A stretch of 60,000 nucleotides of DNA from positions 89,654,001 to 89,714,000 of the forward strand of contig OZ076409.1 in assembly GCA_964187785.1 (NCBI GenBank), given 5' to 3'. Shown in pieces: positions 50,401 through 60,000 of the stretch. Numbering within the stretch: the stretch's first letter is position 1; each line of letters opens with the position of its first letter. Position numbers and translations under genes: made by a program. The DNA is from Amphiscolops sp. MND2022. Lineage: Eukaryota. The notes below the pieces were generated by a model. The model was not told where the DNA came from. It worked only from the letters and a program-made list of their open reading frames with translations, and did not search any database.

Positions 50401-52388
50401 GATTCCAATGTCATCTACATATTGTGCACATTGGTCTGCTTTAATAACTGAATCCAGATACTCACGCATAAAGCTCGAAAAGGCTGATAGAGCTCTGCTT
50501 AGTCCTTGTGCCAGGCGACGGTAGACAAACGTCCTACTAGCAAAATTGAAAGCAAGAAATTCTACTGACCTTTGATCTGCCATTTGGAGGCAGTGGTACG
50601 CCTGGGAGCAGTCAAGCTTGCAGAATAGTTTTTCCCTGCTAGGTGCTGTGCCGCGTCTGAGAGGGTGCTGACAGGGTGGTTGTTGTTGATGTAGTCATCT
50701 GCTATGAGTGCGTTGATTTTGCGCAGATCCACCAGCAATCTCAGCTTGCCGTTGGGTTTCCGCTGTGCAAATATAGGACTGGCGTATTTAGAGAAGGGGA
50801 GTGTCGTGATGATACCGTATCGGTGCATGAGGGCCAGTTCCACAGCTAGGTCTTCTTTGAGGTTGATGGGAACTGGTAGGCTTTGTGTGTAGACTGGTTT
50901 GTCATCTTGTGGTGTTAGGCTGACTTTGAATTGTGTATTCATCCCGATGTCTAGTCGGTGCCGAGCGAAGATGTCATTGAATTCGACAATGGTGTCCTCA
51001 AGGTTTTTACGGTCTTTGCGCGCAATTAGTGAGTCCGTGGTGTTGGCGATTTTAATTGGTATCTATTTGTTTCTGGCTGTTGTAATCGCTGAGGCTACTA
51101 TTACCTTCGCGCATTCATCGAATTGTGGTAGGGGTTGTATTGTGCCCGTTATTGAGTGGTCAATACTCACAGGGATTGTTGCGTAGATGATTCGGGTAGA
51201 GTGCGCTGGAATTGTATGCTTGGCTTCGGTTTTTATCGTGATGGGCCTGGGATTGCACTTTTGGCTTTCATCCGTGAGCGCCATCGTGATTTGGATTTTA
51301 GGAAAGTCAATGGTTCCTTGTGCCGTGTCGAGAATTGCGGCATGTTTACGTAGGAACGCTAATCCGATTATGGGGAATGACGTTTGATTCATGATAATGA
51401 ATAGTTCTTCAAAGGTGTAGTCCCCTATTTTGAAACGTAGGGTGTACGTGGCAAGTGGTTGTTCTAGTTCAGCATTGGCATACTGCACTTTGAAAGGGGG
51501 TGGGGGTGCTTTATTGACGATGCACTGGCTAGCGTGTTGTTGGAGTTTTTTAGCGTCCCTTTCACTAATAGCGTTAATGTACGCACCTGAGTCGACTAAA
51601 GCGTCAATTTTGACCATGTTGAATTCGACTGGTAGGAAAAGCATTCGTTTTTTCTTCTTGAGGGCGATGGAAGACATTAACGGAATGTAGTCGTCATCTT
51701 TGTCATGTTGGATGAATTCTTTGATGGCATCTAGATCTTCAGGCAATTTTGAGGGACATTCCGTGATTTCTACGTCGTCGTTCATCAGTGCTGTGACGGG
51801 CGCGGTTTTTGAAAGGGCTACTGGAGGGTCGGCATTCTCTCGTTGTCTTTTTCCTTGGTGTGCCCATATTGTTCTGTCTTCAATGCAGATGATGTTTTCT
51901 GCGTCTATTGGTGTGGGCGTGATGGTGACGGGTACTGTTGGGGATGGTGTTGTTCTTTTTAGAATTGGCGATGGTGGTGATGGTAGGTACATGATTTTTG
52001 TGGATTGAGCCTGGGGGTTAGATACTTGTATTTTGAAGGAGAGTTTGTTAGTATCATAAATGGTTGGTTCGTCCCAAGGATCGCATCTGTAGTCTCTATC
52101 GTAAATGTAGATACGCTCAGTTTTTGATTCTGGCAAGGGTCGCTTAAGTGTTGCGTAGTTATCTGGTGACTCTGTTCTCCATTGGGGTAGTGGTGTCGAG
52201 TCGTCTGGATGTCTGGCATTGTGTCGGAGTATCATGCCTACGTTCCATCGACGTTGGCAGTCCTGAGTTGGTTCTTCGTTACACTCTGCGAAAAAATCTT
52301 CTTCGTACCTATTTGGGGGGTCTTCGATGGTGTACGCCCTCGCGTCTACTTTTTCCCCAAAGCGTAGGCGCGGCGACTTCAGTTTTTT
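47440..52388 (-). pseudogene. pol: Gypsy pol polyprotein (protease, RT, RNase H, integrase) with several frameshifts, stops and a probable deletion near 51060
   Basis: ALVDSGA protease; KLRLLVDLRKIN and QYVDDI RT; MTDAS, KEFLAI, LTDN and ADFLSR RNase H; H-HPG-C-C zinc finger, ILTDKGSQF, ERTH and WTGPY integrase. Confidence 0.93.
52335..52388 (-). promoter_or_regulatory. gag-pol -1 frameshift signal (A AAA AAC plus downstream stem)
   Basis: GCA AAA AAC TGA at the end of gag. The -1 frame reads KLKSPRLRFGEKV... without a stop into the 52235 ORF. A stem CGCGcCTAC/GTAGaCGCG follows. Confidence 0.8.
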
Positions 52389-53788
52389 GCTTGGGACGAC
52401 GTTGTAGGTACGGGTTGTTCATCAATCTTGTTTGTTGGGATAGTGAACTCACGTTTGCGTTTCCTGGGGTCATTTGCCGCATTGGCTCCGTCCCAGCAAC
52501 TTTCGGTTTTGTGCATTTTCCCACAAGTATCGCATTTGGGTTTAGCTGTATCTGTTGGTTTGGTGTCTGTGGTACTTGTTTTTGTGGCGTAGTATCTGTC
52601 TTTGCGAAGGCGACGGCATTGTGCTTTGTAATGGCCGTATTTGCCACAGTGGAAACAGTACCCTCTCTGTTGTTGTTCCTTTTTATTGTCCGCCACTGCT
52701 GCGTCCACAGTGTTGAGGGGGACTAGAGTGGTTTCGCCGGGCGCTCCTAGTCCGTTGAGTCGCATTTCACGTTCAAGGTGTAGAACAATGTCATTATAGG
52801 GCCTCTCTTCTAGATAGGCTCTTTTAAGGATCTTTTTTACGTGATCTGGCATTTTAGCGTATAAGGCTTTGTCGATGAACTTTTGGGCTTCTGAGCCGAA
52901 CGCTTCTTTTGCGGTTTTTTGTAACGCGTCAAGAAATTCGTGGAGTTTTTGTTTGGTGGGGTCGAAGTGCAGCGCATCCCACTCGCATCTCGCTTTAGCG
53001 GATGATTGGAAATCGCCAAAGCGACGTTTGAATGCCGTTATGACTTCTTCTAGGTTGTCTTTTTTAGTGTCATCTAGGTTACAATACGCTTGTAGCGCGT
53101 TTCCTCGTAGGAGTGAATGGAAGTAGTTGATCTTTTGTATCTCGGTTAAGTGAGGGTACATTTTGATATTGTTTCGGAATAGGTCTTCAAAAAGTTCAAA
53201 CTTTTCGGACTTACCATCGAAGACTGGAAGCGATGCGGTGAGTGCTTTCGGCATCGGGAGTAGGTTGGTAGCTGGAAATGTTTGCGGTTGTCGCGCGAAC
53301 AGTATTTTAGATGTTGAAGGACGGTCTTTTGTTTGCTCGTTGGATGCGCGTTGTTGTTTCAATCTTTTCGTGGGTTGGTTGGTAGAGTCATTGAGGACTC
53401 CTGTCACCATGTTACGACTATTTACCGGAGTTGTTTTAAAACTAGTCGCAGTTTGTGTTTTAACTGGGGTGGACGTCCTTGCTACGGAGATACTTTCTTG
53501 ATCCGAATCAGAATCTTGGGCGTTTGAGCTAATAGGGCGTTTTTTGCTTACAGGTGCTATGAGCTTAAGCATCTCCTTTTGATTTTCAGCGAGTATTTTG
53601 GTTAGATCAGGCATGATTTCTTTTCTCAGAGTTGTCTTTATCTCTTCCAAGTTTTCTAGTTCAAGTCTAGGATTTTTACTGCAACTAGCTATCAGGTTTT
53701 CAGTAGAATTGTTTTCAGCCAAAGAAGCTTCAAAATCTCCTGATATTAACTCAGCTACAGCTTTCATCTTCTGGCTTCTAGTAGTCAT
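52379..53788 (-). CDS. gag: Gag (469 aa) with CCHC knuckle; initiates inside the 5' LTR
   Basis: LPVFDGKSEKFELFEDLF, LRGNAL, CFHCGKYGHYKAQC and a second CDTCGKMHKTESC; ATG at 53788 lies within LTR 53410-55577. Confidence 0.92.
   Translation of the reverse strand: MTTRSQKMKAVAELISGDFEASLAENNSTENLIASCSKNPRLELENLEEIKTTLRKEIMPDLTKILAENQKEMLKLIAPVSKKRPISSNAQDSDSDQESISVARTSTPVKTQTATSFKTTPVNSRNMVTGVLNDSTNQPTKRLKQQRASNEQTKDRPSTSKILFARQPQTFPATNLLPMPKALTASLPVFDGKSEKFELFEDLFRNNIKMYPHLTEIQKINYFHSLLRGNALQAYCNLDDTKKDNLEEVITAFKRRFGDFQSSAKARCEWDALHFDPTKQKLHEFLDALQKTAKEAFGSEAQKFIDKALYAKMPDHVKKILKRAYLEERPYNDIVLHLEREMRLNGLGAPGETTLVPLNTVDAAVADNKKEQQQRGYCFHCGKYGHYKAQCRRLRKDRYYATKTSTTDTKPTDTAKPKCDTCGKMHKTESCWDGANAANDPRKRKREFTIPTNKIDEQPVPTTSSQAKN
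53397..53409 (-). promoter_or_regulatory. Primer-binding site, tRNA-Leu-like
   Basis: TGGTGACAGGAGT directly after the LTR CA; resembles the tRNA-Leu PBS TGGTGTCAGGAGT. Confidence 0.7.
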
Positions 53789-55999
53789 TTTATCAAGAGA
53801 GAGAGAGAGAGTATCTTTGGAAAAGTTGAATTCTTCAAAGATTCAGGTTTTCTTTTGAAAACGTTATAATGACGGAACAGAACTGATTGTTACAAAGCAG
53901 GTAAAAACTCACTGATTTACATGTATGTAATACATATTTATACCTTCCCAGCATCATTTGTTCCTCACCTAAAAATTCCTAGGTATCACAAAAATCGGGT
54001 TTGTTCAACAAAAAGCGCTAATGATTCATTTTATTTCAGTCCCGCGTCATAAAATCAGGCATCAAAATTCCTAGTTGCGTCAGCGTTCCGTAAAATTTTG
54101 TTGAAGTCATTTTTGTTCAGGCGGTTCATTTCCTGTTTGTGATTCAAAATTGTGGTAAATCAAATGTCTAGCTTTCATTTTCATCGACGCAGGCACGCCG
54201 GCATGATCAATTAGTCAGCTTCCTAACTTGAGAGTTGAGATTCGGAGTAAAAGAATGACACTCAAAAAATAGTGACGGAATTATGACGGATGTAAATATT
54301 TTAGAGTCAGAAACACTTGGGAAATCAAAATGAAGAACAAAGCGATGCTGAGAAGCCTTTCGGAAACGAATTGCCTATAAGATAGCAAATTACTATGAAT
54401 CTATACATACATTGAAACACAAAAATAAAACATTTGGTTTTTAGCATCAACTAAATATCACGGAAATGGTCCGTTTGCCAAAACTTGTTCAACAGTTAAC
54501 ACACAAAGTATTCAGACTCAAAGGTCTAAGAAGACGTATAAAAATACAACGTCATAGCACCCGGGGGAGGATTGGGCAAGAGTAGAAAAGCAATATGAGA
54601 GATTACTATAATGATTATTACTGCATCGTATCAAATTTTATACGAACTTCAAATCAACACGAGTATTGCGTTCATTTTATAATCCTAACCCACAGTACAA
54701 CTATTCTTTATGTAAACTTAATCTTAAGATTTCTTAAGGAGCATCGATCCAGAAAAGATCTTTCGAGGACTTCATTCATCGCAATATTTCTTAGTTACGA
54801 TTTCTTAAGTTGCTCCGTAAATGCTCCGTACGTATTAAGATTGCTTATGGTAGAGCGGTGAAATACAACTTTACAATTTGCTCCGTAGCTGCTCCGTACG
54901 TCTTAAAATTGCTTATTGCTTAGCTGTCAGGCCAAACGGAGAGAAAGCGGAGCGCGTAGGTGAATTCATTCTCTTTCTCTTATTCTGATTGGCGTTGCTA
55001 GGGGCAACCGAGTTTAATTCTACTCGCGCTAGCTGGGATAGTTCTATAGATAGAGTGACGTTACCATAACGTTGTGAATACTTGCTTAAGTCACTTGACT
55101 GTGCTTTAAGTGAATATTGACAACTACTTCATCACTGGAAAACAATTCCACTCTATTATTTGTGTGTTCTTTTCATTTTAGATCGTATGAATTCCGTTGG
55201 GATCGCGGAATTAAATGCTATTTGTATTTCGTTTCAGTGTGGAGCAAAGGAAAAAGATCCCGATTAGAAATGTTTGTTTTAGTATTTAGATTAGCATGTC
55301 GAGATTCAGAGGATTGTACCGGAAATGAGAATTTCATTATGCGTGAAAAGATATTTAGCCGGAAGTTTTAGCTAAAAATCATTTCTGAAAATATTTCGTA
55401 ACGCTTACGTTAGACTTTGTTTTGGGAGATTATCTACAAGTGATTTTAGCTGTACTGTGAGTAGAATTACATTAGTTTTAAGTAGTTTAGTTTAATGATA
55501 CTTGCAGTAGCCGCGACCTCTTCCTCGTCCAAGCACGAAGCACCATTCACACCCACGACCGGGAGCGGGTCGTGACACTTGATATAACAGCAAATGTGCG
55601 GATATAACTTGCTGGGACAAATAGGAGCGCTTTGCAAACCTCCGCTACCTCCTTAGTAAAAAAATGGATATAACGTAGTCAAATAGTCTGTGCTGTATAT
55701 TTGTTCCAACTGTTCTCCGTAAATGTGGACGGATCAGATGTACTGGAGAGAAACTTGTCGTTGTAAGAACATTGCTTTTATTCAAAAACGCTGACTAAAA
55801 ATACAATTATTCAAAACTAGTTGAAAGTTTCACATCACGATATTCAATCGTGAGAACATAAATTGATGAAATAGCAAGAAATACACTATGGTACCAAAAA
55901 GCTAAGTACAGCTGAATTTTTTGAATTTTTTTCAAGTCAAAAAAAAATGAAAACATTTGTGAACAATTTCAATCAGTTACCGGAAGTTGTGCTTCGAAA

Positions 56000-57908
56000 A
56001 TGGTTAAACCGCTTGATTCATTTTTGGTTTGCAAAATTGTTACTCTTCGCGAGATTGGGTTATCTTACAATCAAATCAAAGAGAAATTGGGTTTGAAGTC
56101 ACGATCAACAGCACAGTCAGCTTACAAGCGCTTTTTGAAAACCAGTTCTTATTCTCCAAAAAAACCACCAGGAAGACCGGAAAAACTTAGCAAAAAAGAC
56201 AAAAGATTAATTATAAGAAGCGTCAAAAACGATCCCAAAACTACATTACAAAGAATCAGGGTAAAGTATAATTCTTTTGCAACCTCAAAAAGTGTCTCAA
56301 GATCTACAATTCGGCGAGTTCTGAAGAAGTATGGGCTAGTTTCTAGAGTGGCGGCTAAAAAATTTCAGCTCAATAAAAAACAACGAACAACGAGGAAAAA
56401 ATGGTGCTTGCGAATGTCCAAGAAGCCGCTCGGTTTTTTGTCCAGCCTTGCACTCACTGAAAAAAGTACATAGTAAAAAATTTTCAATTTTGGGAAGGAA
56501 AATCATACACAGAGTCATACACAGAGTCCGCAAATAGACGAAAATTTTCAGCAAAAAAATCGGAAATTTTCGAAAAAAATCTCAAAGTTTCGGAATTTTC
56601 CTAATTTTTTTATCGCAACACCAAACGGCCCCTCATACAAACTTTTCGGCACTGTGAGACAATTTTTTCTCAACACCAAAGGGTCTCCCTTCGAAATTTT
56701 TCGGCACTGTGAGACAAAAAAATCAAAAATTTAGAAAAAAAAATCGAAATTTTCGAAAAAAATCTTCGAAATTTTCCCAATTTTTTTCACAACATTTCAC
56801 AATAAGAATGCATTCTTTTATTTTTGAAACCTTCCAATTACGGCCTTGAACTGAAACAAAATCCATGCATGAATTTTGGAATTTTTTTCAAAATTTCGAT
56901 TTTTCGAATATTTCATTTTTTTTGTTTCACAGGGCCGAAAAAAATTCACAGGGTGACCCTTTTCTTCTGTTTGCGAAATCGTCTAAAAACACGGGACAGC
57001 CCTGGGGTGAAACCCACAATCTTTGGTGTCAAAAGTGAGAATTCAACCGGCTGCGCCAAATCTACTTGAATTCGAACAGTTAAAAGCGGCGACTAAACAA
57101 ATAAATGTCATTGTAATAGTCGGGCACTTTTTGATATAAGCGCCGACTAAGAACCGTAAACAATCGGGGAACAGCGTAAGTCGGTGACCTGCTTAAGCCT
57201 CAAATTTATCGACAAAGTGTTTCAACTTTTTCTGACTTTTTCTTTTGTTTTTTATTATCGCAGATTTTTGTAGTACTCTACTTTTGCTATTCTTTTTCTC
57301 ATGAAGTTTTACATAATAATCTTGGCTGGATGGAAAAGGATTCCGGGAAAATGTGGTTTTCACTGATGAAACTCGTGTGCGTCTGAACAGTGACGGTATT
57401 GTAAGAGTTTTCCGAGAAAAAGGATCGCGTTTCCACTCAAAAAATATTCAAGGGCAGAACACTGATAAACGCTCGCTTATGTTCTGGGGAGCTATTCGAT
57501 CGGATGGCAGGAAGATGCTAATTAGATGCCCGGGAAACACTCAATAGCAGCGGCTATGTCGAAATTCTTGAAAAGTATGACAGAAATTTGCACCTACCGG
57601 ACATTGTTTTCCAGCACGATAATGCCCCAATTCACAGAAGCAGAGAGGTTTCCAACTATCTAAGTGAAAAGAAGTGGGATGTGCTCGAATGGCCTCCGTA
57701 TAGTCCTGATTTGAACCCCATGGAAAATATTTGGGCTATACTGAAGAAATCCCTGCAAGGACAAACTCTAACGTGGGAAAATTTGGAAGAAACAGTGATT
57801 GATATTTGGAACAATATCAGTCCCGAAATTATCCGAAATATGTACGCATCTTATGAGAGTCGCCTCGTAAAAACTATAAAAAACGATGGAAATATGATTG
57901 GTTATTAG
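56000..57908 (+). pseudogene. Tc1 transposase split by a ~900-bp insertion and a frameshift near 57540
   Basis: KKPLG|F(R)ENVVFTDE rejoins if 56434-57339 is removed. Confidence 0.88.
56434..57337. mobile_element. Insertion in the Tc1 transposase with imperfect terminal IRs; contains HINE-family motifs
   Basis: TTTTTTGTCCAGCC ... GGCTGGATGGAAAA ends, flanked by GG on both sides; internal GGCACTGTGAGAC and GCGCCGACTAA motifs. Confidence 0.55.
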
Positions 57909-58683
57909 TGTGTTTGTCTCCTAATTTGATTATATTTTTTTTCTGTTTAAATTTCAAATTTTCCTCTCAGTTTTTAAAAATTCAACAGGTGTACGTAGCT
58001 TTCTGGTACCATAGTGTAGCACCTATTGTAGCTGCTATATTTTACCTACGATTTTTGAAAACTTTTTTCTTGCCAATGTGGCCTTCTTTCTGAATGGTCA
58101 AGCAGACTTTAAATGCTCGCTTGTAAACACCAGTGAGTTCAATATAGGCTGACACCGATGCACTCACTCAAAGCCATTTCATCCTCCATAGGCCTAATCT
58201 GTTTTGCCTTGCACGACAACTTCGAAAAAGAAGTTTAACTGTCATGGCAAGTGGTCATCTTACAACAGTAGGTCTTCAGTACTGGGCGGTTTCTTTTGGA
58301 CAGTTCCAAAAATTTCAAAAGAGGTAACAATGCTTCACTGAAAGCTTCTACAGTTTGAACTGTTTTTTTCTTCAATAAAAGAAACCTTGTACTTCATTAA
58401 ACAACTATTCTTGAGTGCTGGCGCGCGTTTAAAAAACTACCGAAATGCAAAATTTTTTTGGTCACATACAGGTCCTATGATGGTGCTTGATGTCTTCTGG
58501 AAAAATAACTCTGGTTGATGAAAAGATTATTCGGAGACTTCTCTAATTCAAGGCGAAGCGTAACATATTGATTTAAAAAAAGATTAATTTAGCAGGAATC
58601 TATTTTACAATTGAGACATACCTTATGGACATTTTTACATATCTTCACTATTATACAAAACTTTGAAGAAATTCACAATATCT

Positions 58684-59808
58684 CTAGGAAGGATTCTGGA
58701 AGAACGTTAGCAAAGAAGGAAGGTCATAAGAGTCTAAAAGCGAGGTGAGATCGTCGACTTTGTTCCTGACATTGAGACCTTTAAATTTATATTTGTCTAT
58801 AAATAGATCAGTTATCATGCCGTACAGTCTCTCCAAATGGGCTGGTTGTCGGGTGAATTCACTCTTTATCTTCTCCTCCTGTTCGATGATCTCTTGGTAC
58901 TCAGGAGCCAGAAAACTGAGATCTTGTTCCTGCATCTGCAGATCTTTCAGCCCGTCGATCAATTGCACTTTTTTGGCCAGCATAATTTGATACTCCATTT
59001 TGGGATGAATCAGTCGGAGAACATGGGCCACCGATGAATCATTTGTATCAACATTGACATTCAGAGTAACTTTCTTTTTGATAGCTTCTCGGCTGATAAC
59101 ATCTTTCAAAATGGCTGAAATTGAAAATGAAATTGTTATGGTGAAAAGCATAATTTTTCAAATAGCCCCCGCTCTTATTCCTAGATACCAACAAGTAATA
59201 ATTCTACACGAATCATGAAAAGGAAAATTTTTGAAAGTAAGCTCAAGTGTTGAATTGAATTTATTTCACACTGCAATGGCAGTTTCTACGAAAAAACAAC
59301 TCCAACAGAACTATTTCCCTTTCAGTTTTATTGCTCATAATTTCGCTTTTATACACATTATCGCAGTGGAACGACTTTTGGAGCGACATGATAACAGTTT
59401 TCAGTTCTAAACACCGTTTTGATTTCAATTTCAGTTCATAATACTAGTTTTATAATACTGTAGTTAGCACAAATTGAAAAAGAAACAAGGGTTACCTATT
59501 GTGGAGATGTTGTCAGATCGAAACTCGGCGTGACCTTTCTCGTATTTTATTTGCAAATCGGTATCCAAAAATATAGACACAAAGTTGAGAGACGCAGTGT
59601 TCTCAGCGGGCGGTCGATCCGAAACCTCCGGAAGGGAGAACCAAATCCAAGCATGCATATCCGACATGCTGAACTGGCCTTTGATTGTCAAAGTGTTGTA
59701 CAGCTTATTCTCATCTATGTAGTGGGACCTCTGGTGCAGCGATAGAGGTTTGATCACGTACTCCAGAAGCTGACAAAACTTCGGCTGTGTTCTCGGAGCT
59801 ACATATAC
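58684..59808 (-). CDS. BBS7: Bardet-Biedl syndrome 7 protein, last two exons (59808-59496 and 59114-58684)
   Basis: IKPLSLHQR, FRSDNISTI/AILKDV, IHPKMEYQ.MLAKKVQLIDGLK and QPAHLERLYGMITDLFIDK.KFKG match the BBS7 C-terminus; phase-1 GT-AG intron. Confidence 0.95.
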
Positions 59809-60000
59809 CTAGAAACGAGAAACCAAATGAACTGTTCAAAATTTGAAACCCTTTGTTTTACATCAAAATTATACAATTAAAACCTAGAAGTGGATTGACT
59901 TGATCGAAAGTGATGCAATGACCCAAATTCATTCTATAAAAGAAGTGAATGCGAACAAAACAGAATCCGACAACTGCATTGGGCTCATAAATTTCATTCT

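Larger units (their letters stand above)
39691..55577 (-). mobile_element. Full-length Gypsy (Metaviridae) LTR retrotransposon, 15.9 kb; 5' LTR 53410-55577, 3' LTR 39691-41854
   Basis: Near-identical ~2.17 kb LTRs, TG..CA ends, TSD CTTGA (39686-39690 / 55578-55582), PBS, PPT, and domain order gag-PR-RT-RH-IN. Confidence 0.96.
55884..58016 (+). mobile_element. Tc1-family DNA transposon (DD34E), interrupted
   Basis: TIR CACTATGGTACCA(A/G)AAAGCTA.GTACA with TA TSDs (55882-83 / 58017-18); GRPEKLS HTH, VFTDE, QHDNAPIH and WPPYSPDLNPMEN with 34 aa between D and E. Confidence 0.93.

Noticed and set aside
52148..53858. Plus-strand ORFs overlapping gag/pol
   Set aside because: Antisense shadows of the real minus-strand ORFs.

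Overview
Eukaryotic (intron-containing, AT-rich, invertebrate-animal-like) genomic DNA. The last six coding exons of a LOXHD1-like PLAT-repeat gene (+, 201-6614) and the last two exons of BBS7 (-, 58684-59808) face each other across about 52 kb made up largely of nested transposable elements. These include a truncated LINE (inside a LOXHD1 intron), Helentron/HINE-like non-autonomous elements, a CCC-ended MITE, two ~2 kb solo LTRs, a rearranged degenerate LTR element, a pol-less Gypsy-like element (30271-38344), a 15.9 kb Gypsy element (39691-55577, -) and an interrupted Tc1 (DD34E) transposon. The main finding is a ~5.5 kb cargo between pol and the 3' LTR of the 15.9 kb Gypsy. It holds an ANTISENSE, multi-intron gene (about 1000 codons, C2H2/BED-like zinc finger, possibly hAT-transposase-like C-terminus) head-to-head with a sense ORF that runs through the PPT into the LTR. 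Gag of this element starts inside the LTR, and both solo LTRs carry a similar ORF at the same position. The pol-less element keeps a textbook -1 frameshift signal that leads into an unknown acidic protein instead of Pol. All protein identifications are by eye; no searches were run.
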